A DNA stretch of 45,606 nucleotides from Promethearchaeota archaeon. GTDB lineage: Archaea > Asgardarchaeota > Lokiarchaeia > Sigyniarchaeales > SOKP01. The position numbers and the translations under genes are program-made. The notes below the pieces were generated by a model. The model ran no database searches, was not told where the DNA came from, and was given only the letters and a program-made list of their open reading frames with translations. This document shows, one piece after another, positions 18,399-31,521 of the stretch (position 1 is the first letter of the stretch; each line of letters begins with the position of its first letter). Location: NCBI GenBank assembly GCA_048941265.1, contig JBHLNT010000015.1, forward strand, positions 1 through 45,606, read 5' to 3'.

Positions 18399-19736
18399 TT
18401 ATGATGAGATGCTTAAATTTTTGAAAGCAATGAAAGGAAATAGAGAATTAAGAGAAAATTCACGCTCCTTTGAGATATATTGACAATTTTTTATCATTTC
18501 TAATACATTTCCGCTTACATTTCCTCCCTTTATTGGATATTCAATGTGGCCATTTTTAATGAAGTACCCATTTCTAATTTCTGTTCCAAAAGAACCTGAA
18601 AATCTATCAGGATTTAACCAGGAACATTTTTCAATTAGGTAACCTTCCCTTATGCTCGAAATCATCTCCCCTTTTTCCATATCACCCGGTAAAATCTCGA
18701 GATTGGAAATGGAATTTATTACTGATCCATCCTCGATTTTAATGCCATTACCAGTAGATTCCATATTTCCCATAATTGCAAACTTTTGATCATAGAGGCG
18801 ATTTTTAAAAATCCCATTTTTAATAACTTCACTTAACTTATGTGGGTTTCCTTCTCCGTCCCATGAATTACATCGCAATCCGCCTTCAAGTAATCCATCA
18901 TCACGTAAGGTAAAAGTATCTGAAGCAACTTTAGCATCTACATTTAGAGCAGAAATTTTCTCATGATATGCTTTTCCTAAGGCATGAAACCCAATAACTG
19001 GATTAATCGCATTTTTTAGCACATTTGGTGGAAAAATTACAATCGCTTGTTTATTTGGTTTTGGAATTTTAGCTTTTAATGTGTCTGTTGCAATTCTTGC
19101 CCATTTATTTACGCGTTCTTCAAAATTTAAGTGTTCTTTTTCTTTAATATATTCAATTTCCCATGCTTCACTTAATTTTCCATTACTCTGAGCCTTCAAT
19201 GCCATTTCAATATAAAAGAAGGTTTTTGACGCTTCCAAATTCAAACCAGTATTATTTTTAAGAGTTTTATTTTGAATATGAATTCTAAATCGGCCAAACG
19301 TAGGATCTATTTCCTTATGCTCACCAATCTCCTTTAAGATTTTCTCACTCATATCGTTTTTAAATCCAATAGGGTCTTTTGTAATGCTTTGATCTGCGGT
19401 TTTTATTGGATTTAAAGATTTTTGTTTTGGAAAATAATACTTTGAACCATTGTTTTCTTTTGATAATAACTGACAGATCTCAATATTTTTTTCGATATGT
19501 GGTAAACTCAGTGAATTTCCTTTTACGATTCCAATACCCGTTCCATCCACTTTCTGAGTTAAAATTCTAGCAACATATTCTATGTCCTTAACTTCTCTTA
19601 CAGCATCAATTTTATGTTTCAAAAATTCCGTTTCATATATCTCTTGTTCAACGAAAAAAATCTCGTATTCTCGAATTTTTTTTGATTTCAAGCTTTTTTC
19701 AATTTCCTCAATAGCTTCTACACTCACTTTTTTCAC
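18399..19736 (-). CDS. pmbA: TldE/PmbA metalloprotease subunit
   Basis: WDGEG, STGNG, NLEILPG, GYFIKNG..EYPIKG; no HExxH; overlaps the tldD stop codon. Confidence 0.88.
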   Translation of the reverse strand: MKKVSVEAIEEIEKSLKSKKIREYEIFFVEQEIYETEFLKHKIDAVREVKDIEYVARILTQKVDGTGIGIVKGNSLSLPHIEKNIEICQLLSKENNGSKYYFPKQKSLNPIKTADQSITKDPIGFKNDMSEKILKEIGEHKEIDPTFGRFRIHIQNKTLKNNTGLNLEASKTFFYIEMALKAQSNGKLSEAWEIEYIKEKEHLNFEERVNKWARIATDTLKAKIPKPNKQAIVIFPPNVLKNAINPVIGFHALGKAYHEKISALNVDAKVASDTFTLRDDGLLEGGLRCNSWDGEGNPHKLSEVIKNGIFKNRLYDQKFAIMGNMESTGNGIKIEDGSVINSISNLEILPGDMEKGEMISSIREGYLIEKCSWLNPDRFSGSFGTEIRNGYFIKNGHIEYPIKGGNVSGNVLEMIKNCQYISKEREFSLNSLFPFIAFKNLSISS

Positions 19737-21115
19737 CCCGGACTTATTAAGGCACTTTTAGCTCTTACATAACTCCCTCCTGAAGTAACAGGAACAAAAT
19801 CTTCTTCTCCTTTTCCGCAGGTACCTGGACGTAACATCAATTTATCGTCACTAATAGCATCGATATTTTGTAATAGTTGTAAAACTGAACCGCTTAATGT
19901 AATAGCTTTAAGTAATTTAGTTTTCTCGCCATTTTCTATAAGATATCCTTTTTTAGAAGTGCATTGCATCCCACCACCTAAAGGATCTTCCATTCCAAAA
20001 TACCCACGAACTAACAATACTCCGTGTTTAATTTCTGAAATCATCTCTTCGAGTTTAAAATCTCCCGGTTCAAAATAAGTATTTGTCATTCTGACGAATA
20101 CTGGATGCGCAAAAGTTTCTCGACGACCATTCCCTTTTGGCACAGAATTTAAAATTGAAGCTGTCCTCCGATTATGTATAAAATCTTTTAAAATTCCATT
20201 CTCTACTAAAACATTTTTCCCTGCTCGAATTCCTTCATCATCAAAGAAATATGATCCATATTGACCATTTATATTCGGAGCATCGCATATTACACAAATA
20301 TCTGAAGCTACTTTTTTACCTAAATGCTCTTTTAAATAACTTCGGTCTCGTAATACTTGATCGGCTTCCAAACCATGGCCAAAACTTTCATGTGCAATTA
20401 ATCCTGCCATATCGGCGTCTAAAATAATAGGAAATTTCCCTGATGGCGGACTTTCAGCTGCAAGCATATCTAAGGAATTTTGGATTATTTGATCTAAACT
20501 TTTATTAAAGACATCATCAACGAGTTCATATCCTTGTTCGGCACCAATTGAAAAATAATCAAAATCTATTTTAGAACCTTCTTTGGCTACAGGTTGGATG
20601 AATAACCTAATTCTTGGCAACACTTGTCGTAATTGGCAGCCCTCATTATTTACAAAAATACGGATTGTCAGACCTTCGCCATAACCTACTATTGGATTTA
20701 TGATTCTTTTATCAAAATTTTTTATGTAGTCAAAGAGTTCTCTAATTTTTTTTATTTTATCGTTAATAGGAATTGTAGAGGGATCGACTTTCGTTTTGAC
20801 CTCTTTATTTATCTTCCACCCATCATATTCCGTTATAGCATCTCCTTTACTAGTTCCTATTGGAAGTTTTTTTGTAATGCTTTTTAAATCTGTCTCATCC
20901 TGGATTGCTACTTCATGCCAAGAATCTAAAAATGTTCTGGCAACGATACCAGATTTTTTGGCATTAATGGATATAGTTTCCTCAGAACGCGATTTTGTTA
21001 TTCTAACTATTGAAGTTGAATCATATAAAATATCAAAGTATTGATTGGTACGTTTAAAATTATTTGAAATCTCTTCAAAAATTGATATAATTTCATCATC
21101 GGATTTATCTATCAT
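19733..21115 (-). CDS. tldD: TldD metalloprotease
   Basis: HESFGHGLEAD, FDDEG, GNGRRE, RMTNTY, GTCGK. Confidence 0.93.
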   Translation of the reverse strand: MIDKSDDEIISIFEEISNNFKRTNQYFDILYDSTSIVRITKSRSEETISINAKKSGIVARTFLDSWHEVAIQDETDLKSITKKLPIGTSKGDAITEYDGWKINKEVKTKVDPSTIPINDKIKKIRELFDYIKNFDKRIINPIVGYGEGLTIRIFVNNEGCQLRQVLPRIRLFIQPVAKEGSKIDFDYFSIGAEQGYELVDDVFNKSLDQIIQNSLDMLAAESPPSGKFPIILDADMAGLIAHESFGHGLEADQVLRDRSYLKEHLGKKVASDICVICDAPNINGQYGSYFFDDEGIRAGKNVLVENGILKDFIHNRRTASILNSVPKGNGRRETFAHPVFVRMTNTYFEPGDFKLEEMISEIKHGVLLVRGYFGMEDPLGGGMQCTSKKGYLIENGEKTKLLKAITLSGSVLQLLQNIDAISDDKLMLRPGTCGKGEEDFVPVTSGGSYVRAKSALISPG

Positions 21116-21196
21116 AATATCATTAATTTACGTGAATTTTTTAATTAAGGATTTCTTGTTTTAAGAATTTTAAGATAATTAAGGTTAAATAGTAAT

Positions 21197-22642
21197 TTAT
21201 TCAATGTCCAGAATATCTTTAATTAATTGTTTTTTCTCTTCCAGGTTAGCTTGACGGGCTATCATTATTCTCTGTGCTTGTGGTGAGCCTGCGCCATGCA
21301 TTGATTCTACTTTGTAACTCACAGCTGCTACTCCCATACTTAAATTTTCGATGAATCTTAATAATTTATATCTATCTTCAACCGAAATTCCATCACAAGT
21401 TGATAGATATTTTTTTAAAAGCGGTCCAACTTCCTCAGACTTAAGATCTGCTTCAGAGGGAAGAGTACATATAATTCCTCCAACGAGATCATCTGCTAAT
21501 CGTGCGATTTCATAGGGAAACCGAGTAACATTTTGCTTGCATACATTTGCCAATAACATGTCCATTTCATAATTTCCAGCTTCTCTTTGGAATCCTTCAG
21601 AGCTACATGCAATTCCACAACAATACAGAGATTCATTTAAATGGATCATTTCTGTTAATTTGTCTTTAATATGAGAAGCTTTATCAACACCCTGGTATTC
21701 CGTAATTAGAGCTGTAGCCCCGATCAATACATCTCCCACACCTACTTTACAACCACCATAACTTTGCCTGTGAAAACCCGCAAATCTGTTAACCAATTCA
21801 CCAGAAAATTGAACTTCTCCCTTCATAAAAATATCTTCATTAGGAATGAAAACATTATCAAAGACCACGAATATCTCTTGACCACCATATTTATAATTTC
21901 CAACTTCAAATTTGCTTTGCTCCATTTTGCGAGTGTCAGATGCTTGTCTTCCATATATCATTGTTATTCCTTTTGCGTTGGTATCAACTCCAAAACTTAT
22001 AGCATATTCTTCTTCCCCCGGGCGTAATGTTAGGGTAGGCATGATAATTGCACGATGAGAATTTAACCAACCAGTTTGATGAACTTTAGCACCTCTAACA
22101 ATAATTCCCTCATCAGACTCATCAACAATATGTAAAAATTGATCTGGATCATTTTGTGCACTGGGTCTTTTTCCACGGTCTCCTTTAGTATCAGTCATCG
22201 CTCCATCGACCATTAAATCTTGATTTTGAACTTCAATCCAATAATTTTTAAATCTCTCATGATAATTTGTATTAAATTCTTTGTCAATCTCATAGGTTAC
22301 CGAATATAACGCATTAGCTGCATCAAATCCTACACATCTTTGGAAACAACACGCAACTTTTTGTCCTACAAGTCTTTGCATCTGAACTTTTTTTATCAAA
22401 TCATCGACTGATTGATGGATATGGGTAAATCGATTAATAGTATTTCCTGTCAAATGTGATTTCGCTAACATTAAGTGTTGATATTTAGGATTTTGTGCTA
22501 GTTCATAAATTTTTTTAACGGTATTAATTGACGGTTTTATGATAGGATGATTCCAGAATTCCTTAACCTTTTCACCAAACATATAGAGATTTACGTCTCT
22601 TTTAATGCTTGCTTCATATTCTTCAGGAGTTTTTAATGTCAT
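21197..22642 (-). CDS. abfD: 4-hydroxybutyryl-CoA dehydratase / vinylacetyl-CoA isomerase
   Basis: CFQRC and HRQSYGGCKVG [4Fe-4S] ligands, MTDTKGDR, ESMHGAGSPQAQR. Confidence 0.9.
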   Translation of the reverse strand: MTLKTPEEYEASIKRDVNLYMFGEKVKEFWNHPIIKPSINTVKKIYELAQNPKYQHLMLAKSHLTGNTINRFTHIHQSVDDLIKKVQMQRLVGQKVACCFQRCVGFDAANALYSVTYEIDKEFNTNYHERFKNYWIEVQNQDLMVDGAMTDTKGDRGKRPSAQNDPDQFLHIVDESDEGIIVRGAKVHQTGWLNSHRAIIMPTLTLRPGEEEYAISFGVDTNAKGITMIYGRQASDTRKMEQSKFEVGNYKYGGQEIFVVFDNVFIPNEDIFMKGEVQFSGELVNRFAGFHRQSYGGCKVGVGDVLIGATALITEYQGVDKASHIKDKLTEMIHLNESLYCCGIACSSEGFQREAGNYEMDMLLANVCKQNVTRFPYEIARLADDLVGGIICTLPSEADLKSEEVGPLLKKYLSTCDGISVEDRYKLLRFIENLSMGVAAVSYKVESMHGAGSPQAQRIMIARQANLEEKKQLIKDILDIE

Positions 22643-22782
22643 TTTCTTAAATCACTCTTTATTTTTTAAACATAATTAAATCTCCTATATTAATTTGGTT
22701 TTTATGGAAACTAGTAATAAATCAAAGAAAAGATGAAATTTAAAAGGAATTACTTTATAATTCTATATTCTAGATATTGTTT

Positions 22783-23691
22783 TTATATAGTGACAGTTTT
22801 TTTTTTTGATTTTTCTTGTTCAGGGTTTTCTTCCAACAAACTTATTCTTTTTTCTAAAACTGTGCTGGTTTCGATGAGATTTGTAATTTTATTCTTGATT
22901 TCCTTAATTTCATTTTGCATACTCCCCAATTGGTTCAATATCCAGCCTAAAACATCATTTTCCTTAACTGGCTCTAAAAACCAATTAAAAATATTTATGG
23001 TAAACTTACGGTTATCAAAAAGACTCAGCCCAATGTTTAAATGATTTGAGAAGATATCTATATCACCTAGAGCAACTACTTTTCCCCGCCCATATTCGGT
23101 ATATGCTGCCATAATTTGTGGTTGAGTATCTTCTTCTTTTGACCATTTATTTTCTAAATCGTTATAGACTTCTGTCCAAGATTGCTTTGAGTAAAATAAT
23201 GGTTTTGAATTTTTCTCTATCAGTAATGAACAACTTCCTCCCAATATTATATCTCTTAATTGTTTTGTTATGGAATGATCTTCGAAATTTTGAATAGTAA
23301 GTATACTATCGCAATTTTGATTAATTTTATTATATTTCTTAACGATATTTTTTTGGAAATAAATGCCAAAATACTTACCAGAGATGTCATTAAGGTTAGT
23401 TTTTTGAAGATGATCTGCTCCATAATCACTTATTAATAAGAGATTACCTCCATCTCTTATAAAATCAACAATATTTTTAATTTCGATACTTGAAAAAAAA
23501 TTATCAATAGGATTTCCAATGATTAGAATATCTATACCCTGAATTTGTTTTTCTGTTAAATTTTTGTTTTCATTAGTCCTTACTTTCAAGTTTAAAGATT
23601 TTAATAAATCAAAAAATTCAGAAAACTCCTCTTCTTGAATATTTAGCATCTCATTATGACTTAGATCAATTAGCACAGTTTTTTTTGGCAT
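22783..23691 (-). CDS. GIFT (GldG/IFT52-like, DUF4350) domain protein with C-terminal coiled coil
   Basis: LIDLSHNE, DILIIGNP...F...E...I.DFI..GG.LL, TNLN....FGI.F, GRGKVVALGD.DIFSN, DN.KF..N...W. Confidence 0.7.
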   Translation of the reverse strand: MPKKTVLIDLSHNEMLNIQEEEFSEFFDLLKSLNLKVRTNENKNLTEKQIQGIDILIIGNPIDNFFSSIEIKNIVDFIRDGGNLLLISDYGADHLQKTNLNDISGKYFGIYFQKNIVKKYNKINQNCDSILTIQNFEDHSITKQLRDIILGGSCSLLIEKNSKPLFYSKQSWTEVYNDLENKWSKEEDTQPQIMAAYTEYGRGKVVALGDIDIFSNHLNIGLSLFDNRKFTINIFNWFLEPVKENDVLGWILNQLGSMQNEIKEIKNKITNLIETSTVLEKRISLLEENPEQEKSKKKTVTI

Positions 23692-23922
23692 GGTTCACCA
23701 AAAATTAAATTTAGTTCCCATAATAAGTCTAAAGCTTTAAAGAAAATTTACCTATAAAAATCATTCCATATCATTTTCCAACACTAAAAAATTTTATAAA
23801 TTTTAAAGAATATTCAATGTTGGAACATATTTTTGATATTTATATCGATTAATTATTGCTTATCAAAGAGTAATAATATTATTATAAAGAAATAAAAATC
23901 TTAAAATTTTGATGGATTGTGA

Positions 23923-26207
<2,285 letters not shown>

Positions 26208-26472
26208 TAAATATTTAATTTTAGAATTAATTGAATTAATTTCTTCTAAAGAAGCTATAAATAATAAAAATTTCTCAAGAATTCTACTTGATTAAATGTT
26301 TCAGATCTCAAATTTTATAATTTCAAAGAATATTTTACTTTTCAATTTTGAGGTTATAACAAGATGCTAGTAAATATCTTTAATTTATAAAGACATCACT
26401 AAAAAATATCCTCATATTGTTCTAGATTAGTCCAATTTAATAAAAAATTAAAATTATGAGACAAAATTAAAA

Positions 26473-27123
26473 ATGGATCCATTATATAATGAATTCTTAG
26501 AATATATTGATAAAGAAGATAAGGAGAAATGCGTAGAATTTGTACTTGCGAAATTAGATAATAAAGAACTTGATGTTCCGACTCTTTATAAAGAAATCTT
26601 AGAACCAACCTTGAATAGATTTTACTGTGATGTTGAAGAAGAAAAACTTTGCATCTGGAAAGAACACGTCAGAACTTCAATAGTGAGAACTTTAATCGAA
26701 TTATGTTATCCATATATTTTAAAGGAAAGAAGAGAAAAAAATATTAAAATTTTAAATCAAAAAGTATTCATCGGGTGTCCTGCAGAGGAATATCATGAAG
26801 TCGGAGCAAGGATGATTGCAGATATTTTTGTTCTTAATGGATTTGATGCCGTATTTGTCGGTGCTAACACCCCAAGAGAAGAAATCCGTGATGCGATAAA
26901 TTCTCTCAAACCAAAGTATATTGGAATATGTGTTACTAATTATTTCACATTGGTAGAAGCTGAAAAAGCAATTTCTTTAATAAAAAAACATACTGAATTT
27001 GATGGGAAAATAATAGTTGGAGGTTCTGCATTCCAAAACAATCCTGAAAATTATAAGAAGATTGGTGCTGACATTTTGATAAAAGATTTTGAAGAGATTG
27101 AGAATCTGGCGAAGGAGGGATGA
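26473..27123 (+). CDS. Cobalamin-binding domain protein (CarH-like cap plus Rossmann domain, no HTH)
   Basis: WKEH in the helical cap, PAEEYHEVG, FVGANTP, IVGG. Confidence 0.85.
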   Translation: MDPLYNEFLEYIDKEDKEKCVEFVLAKLDNKELDVPTLYKEILEPTLNRFYCDVEEEKLCIWKEHVRTSIVRTLIELCYPYILKERREKNIKILNQKVFIGCPAEEYHEVGARMIADIFVLNGFDAVFVGANTPREEIRDAINSLKPKYIGICVTNYFTLVEAEKAISLIKKHTEFDGKIIVGGSAFQNNPENYKKIGADILIKDFEEIENLAKEG

Positions 27124-27126
27124 AAA

Positions 27127-28305
27127 ATGAGCTTACCATTGAGAATTGCATTAAGATTCTTAAGAAGGGGTAAATGGCAAACACTTTTAATTGTGATTGG
27201 TATTTCAATTGGAGTTTCTGTTCAAATATTTGTTGGGATTCTGCTTAATAGCTTACAATCGAGTTTATTAAATAATTATATCGGAAATTCTTCTCAAATA
27301 ACAATCTTATCTGATAATGATGATCCTCTTATTGAAGGTTATGACGATATTGTTGAAGATCTCGAAGATTTTGACGAATTAACTGTAATATCTGTTGCAA
27401 ATGATCAAGTTGGCACAGTCCTAATAGGAACAGAATCTAAAAATGTACTACTCCGAGGATTTGAATTTGAAGATGCAGATAAAATCTATAATATTGCTGA
27501 AAGAATTTATGAAGGGGAAGAACCTGATGATGATTTTGAGGCTATTATAGGAAATGAATTGAATGATGAATTAGAGCTTGATGAGGGAGATAGATTAACA
27601 ATATTCGGATTTATTACATTTAGAAACACCACAATAGCTTTAAATAGAACTTTTGAAATTGTAGGATTTTTTGATCTTGGTACTGGCTCAATAAATTCAC
27701 TATGGATAATAACAACATTAGATTCTGTACAAACTATGTATAATACAAGTGACACAGTTACCTCGATAGAAATGCAGGTTCAAGAAGATTTACTTTATGA
27801 AGCTGACGAAATTGCTGATAAAATAGATGATAAATTAGACCTAAAAGATAAAAATCTAAAAATAACTAATTGGATTGATGAGAACGAGAATTTATTAAAT
27901 GGTCTACAAAGTCAAAGTTTATCCAGCTATTTCATCCAATCGTTTGTATTGATTTCAGTTGTGATAGGAATTGATTCTGTTTTAGCTATCTCTGTAGTTC
28001 AGAAACAGCGGCAACTGGGTATCTTGAAAGCAATGGGTATAAATAATAGAACTGCCAGTTTAATATTTATATTTCAAGGTTTATTTTTAGGAATTGCAGG
28101 GGCTATTGGTGGGATTTGTTTAGGAATCTTCTTCTTATGGGGTTTTACACAAGCATCTCCAAGTGATTTTATTGTAATTAATTATGATCCGATATTTATT
28201 TCAATTTCAGCCACTATAATTATTATTTCTTCTGTTATTGCAGCACTTAGTCCGGCAATTAAATCATCTAAATTAGATCCTATTGATATTATCAGAGGTG
28301 AATAA
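27127..28305 (+). CDS. ABC transporter permease, MacB/FtsX/LolE family
   Basis: N-terminal TM, large acidic extracellular domain, QKQRQLGILKAMG, LDPIDIIRGE. Confidence 0.9.
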   Translation: MSLPLRIALRFLRRGKWQTLLIVIGISIGVSVQIFVGILLNSLQSSLLNNYIGNSSQITILSDNDDPLIEGYDDIVEDLEDFDELTVISVANDQVGTVLIGTESKNVLLRGFEFEDADKIYNIAERIYEGEEPDDDFEAIIGNELNDELELDEGDRLTIFGFITFRNTTIALNRTFEIVGFFDLGTGSINSLWIITTLDSVQTMYNTSDTVTSIEMQVQEDLLYEADEIADKIDDKLDLKDKNLKITNWIDENENLLNGLQSQSLSSYFIQSFVLISVVIGIDSVLAISVVQKQRQLGILKAMGINNRTASLIFIFQGLFLGIAGAIGGICLGIFFLWGFTQASPSDFIVINYDPIFISISATIIIISSVIAALSPAIKSSKLDPIDIIRGE

Positions 28306-28307
28306 AT

Positions 28308-29051
28308 ATGGCGAATAGCGTAGTGAAAGTAAAAATTAATGAGCAAATCAAAGAAAAAGAAAAATATGACTATATCGTTGAACTTAAACACATTGATAAA
28401 TTCTATTATACTGGTGCTGCGAATCAAGTGCTATTTGATATTAATCTCCAATTTAAAGAGGGAACAGTTAATTCTATTGTAGGTCCATCAGGTAGTGGTA
28501 AATCAACACTTATGAATATAATAGGTACATTAGACAAACCAACAAAGGGAGAGGTATACATTGCGGGGAAAAGAACAGACCAGATGTCCAAAAACGAATT
28601 AGCAATATTGAGGAATCAAACTATTGGATTTGTATTTCAATTTCATTATCTTTTACCTGAATACACTGCTCTAGAGAATGTACTCATGCCTTTTGAAATC
28701 AGTAGAAAAAAAGTGACAAGCGAGATAAAAGAAAAAGCTGCAGATTTGATGAGATTCATTGGTATTGAAGAAATTAAGGATAATTTAGCTACAAAAATGA
28801 GCGGAGGACAACAACAAAGGACAGCCATCGCTAGATCACTGATGAATAATCCAAAAATATTACTTGCTGATGAACCTACAGGTAATTTGGATACAGAAGC
28901 GACAGATAAAGTCTATAACTTATTTAGAGATATAAATAATGAATTAGGTACAACGATCATAGTAATCACTCATGAACGCAGGATCGCTGAAAAAACGGAC
29001 AGGATCATAGAAATTAGAGATGGTAGAATACATTTAGATTTATATAAATGA
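28308..29051 (+). CDS. ABC transporter ATP-binding protein, LolD-like
   Basis: GPSGSGKST, MSGGQQQR, LLADEPTGNLD, ITHE. Confidence 0.95.
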   Translation: MANSVVKVKINEQIKEKEKYDYIVELKHIDKFYYTGAANQVLFDINLQFKEGTVNSIVGPSGSGKSTLMNIIGTLDKPTKGEVYIAGKRTDQMSKNELAILRNQTIGFVFQFHYLLPEYTALENVLMPFEISRKKVTSEIKEKAADLMRFIGIEEIKDNLATKMSGGQQQRTAIARSLMNNPKILLADEPTGNLDTEATDKVYNLFRDINNELGTTIIVITHERRIAEKTDRIIEIRDGRIHLDLYK

Positions 29052-29147
29052 TTTTTATTTATTTTTTTTATTAATTTTTAAAAATATAAAAGATTACTTC
29101 AAAAACTGTTTTAATAAAAAAAGAAATTAAAGAAAAAAATTAGTAAC

Positions 29148-29645
29148 TTAACTTTCAACGCTTACCAGGTTATCTAGTTTTTTTCCACAGTAAGAGCAAT
29201 AGACGTATCCATCTTTATTTAGTTGACGGATCATTGAATTAGTAAATTCAATTCCACATTCGGGACAATATCTTACAAGTTCAGATTCGTTTTGTTCAAT
29301 AGTATTTGCCACGGAAATTAGTGCAGGTTGAGCTACTATCAGTTCAGTTGATTCAGGTTCCTGTTTATTAGTCTCATTTTTTCCAATTATTAAATTATAT
29401 ATCCAAGTCAATAATCTGTAAATCCCTATTGCAATACCTTTAATAAGATAATACACACCTTTCAGTATGTAATAAATTAAGTAAGCGATGCCTTTGAGTA
29501 AATAATATACGCCAATTAATACAAGAATAACTATTGTGGCGATTCCTACACCGACTATTATTTGATAAATTAAGGGTAAGCTCAAAAACCAAATTACGAA
29601 ATCATGCCAGTTAAAACTATACGATTGTAAAATCATACTCCTCAT
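29148..29645 (-). CDS. Membrane protein with C-terminal zinc ribbon
   Basis: TM and amphipathic helices with repeated YYL(L/I)KG, then CPEC...CSYC. Confidence 0.75.
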   Translation of the reverse strand: MRSMILQSYSFNWHDFVIWFLSLPLIYQIIVGVGIATIVILVLIGVYYLLKGIAYLIYYILKGVYYLIKGIAIGIYRLLTWIYNLIIGKNETNKQEPESTELIVAQPALISVANTIEQNESELVRYCPECGIEFTNSMIRQLNKDGYVYCSYCGKKLDNLVSVES

Positions 29646-29759
29646 CTTCTTTGATTTTTTACTTATTTATTCTTAAATAAAAGGTGTAAATAGTGAATAA
29701 AAAATAAACTGGAGTCCAATTTTTAACTTTTATGAATTATCTTATTTTTAAAAAAAAGC

Positions 29760-30308
29760 TTATTTAAAACAAACCAACCCAAACCTATATGCATAGTGTA
29801 TGGGCGGCCATTCCATTTCAATATTTGCATTTCTGACCGTCTGATCTACATTTATCCCTATAGCTTCCATGGAGTAGCGTGGCTGGTATCTACATGGATC
29901 TCCACTATCATAGGTACAACTTTTTTTTTCCTTATAACAGATTCGACAGAATCCATCCCATAGAACTAGCTTCTCTTCAAATTTATTGTTAAATTTGCTA
30001 AGGAACTCGTTTATTTCTTCTTCTAAATGATCTCTTAAAATATTTTTCCGATAAAAAGAATTAAGTATTTTCTCTTTACTTCGTTTAGATTTTTTTTTTT
30101 TATTCTTCACATATTTATCTAAATTAAATTTATAATACATGAGGTAAAATTCTTTGAAAGTCGAAACCTTTTCTTCTAAGTACGGTGCTACAGGTGGACA
30201 TGCATGTGAATGACCATAATTTGGGCATTTAAATTTGGGATTATTACAAAATGTTTGCACCTTCGGGTCAAAAACAATTTTATCAAAGGAAATTTTAATG
30301 TAGGGCAT
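29760..30308 (-). CDS. DUF2284 metal-binding protein
   Basis: C...CPNYG....CPP, CRIC....C......C, RYSMEAIGINV. Confidence 0.85.
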   Translation of the reverse strand: MPYIKISFDKIVFDPKVQTFCNNPKFKCPNYGHSHACPPVAPYLEEKVSTFKEFYLMYYKFNLDKYVKNKKKKSKRSKEKILNSFYRKNILRDHLEEEINEFLSKFNNKFEEKLVLWDGFCRICYKEKKSCTYDSGDPCRYQPRYSMEAIGINVDQTVRNANIEMEWPPIHYAYRFGLVCFK

Positions 30309-30378
30309 TTAATAGAGTCAATTTTTTCTATTTTTCTATAGTAAATACGAAAATCCAATTAAGTTTTTCTCTTAAGTT

Positions 30379-31320
30379 TTATCGGTTTCTTTCTGGTGAA
30401 AATTTTAATACCATTATGTTAGCGATTAGTATTAGAGCGCCACCTATAATAGTGAAGATTGATAGGGATTTAACAACCAGAATCGTTAGTATTGTAGCCA
30501 CTATCGGTTCAATATAAGATAAGATTATAATATTTCCCCCTTTATCATTTTTTACTCCTGCGTTATATAATGCAAAAGCCAATGCTGTTGGGATTAAACC
30601 TAAAAGCATTGCGATAAGAATATCGATAAAAGTCAATTTCAGAAGTTCTACAGCTCCGAATAATAAAAAAGGAAATATTAAAAAAAGGAGATGCCACCAT
30701 GCAAGGAAAACATCGAAATCTCCTTTCGCTTTTAGATTCTGACTATTACTAATTCTTTGTTTATAGATTATCTTTTTATAAAAAACAAAAATTCCTAAAG
30801 CTAACCCTGAAAGAAGTCCTGTAAATAAACCAAAAGAAAATATATGGTCATTCCAAAATTCCATAATAGTGGCTACTCCTATTAATGCTACTATAAAACT
30901 CAGCATGCTTATTTTCGATACATCATCCATTTTTGTTATTATGATAAAAATAAGGACAAAAATTCCACTGGTATATAATAAGAACGCTGCTATTGCATAA
31001 CCATGGATAGTAATGGTATAAAAATAAAAGTATATTACAACGGGATAAACTAATCCACTAATTATAAGGGGCTTCGAATGTAATTTGAAAGATTCATTTA
31101 AAAATTCACGGGAGAACGAATGAGTTTTAATCATGAAAAATGTAAGAAATAAAGCCCCAAAAATACCTCTTAATAATACTATAGTATAAACTTGATAATT
31201 TCCAAGAAGTGTGACGAATAAACCAACAGATCCCATACATGTCGCCGACATTAACATGCATAATTTGGAAATTGAGGGGCTAGCCTTCTTTTCTTTAGAA
31301 TCTTCAATACCATTATTCAT
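30379..31320 (-). CDS. EamA/DMT family transporter
   Basis: Ten TM helices, LLYTS, LGLIPTALAFALY, SYIEPIVA. Confidence 0.88.
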   Translation of the reverse strand: MNNGIEDSKEKKASPSISKLCMLMSATCMGSVGLFVTLLGNYQVYTIVLLRGIFGALFLTFFMIKTHSFSREFLNESFKLHSKPLIISGLVYPVVIYFYFYTITIHGYAIAAFLLYTSGIFVLIFIIITKMDDVSKISMLSFIVALIGVATIMEFWNDHIFSFGLFTGLLSGLALGIFVFYKKIIYKQRISNSQNLKAKGDFDVFLAWWHLLFLIFPFLLFGAVELLKLTFIDILIAMLLGLIPTALAFALYNAGVKNDKGGNIIILSYIEPIVATILTILVVKSLSIFTIIGGALILIANIMVLKFSPERNR

Positions 31321-31521
31321 TATTAAGTAGAATTTATTATAACATTAATTATGTTGTTTTTTCGATTATTTGGAGGTTGAATTTGTATAATCTCTAATTT
31401 TAAAATACTAATTTACATTTTTGTAAGTAAGATTTTTAACTCAAATTATCTGATATAATTATATCCAATAAATCTAAAAAACTATACAATTGTGTAATTA
31501 ATTTCAAGTAGGCGAAATTTA

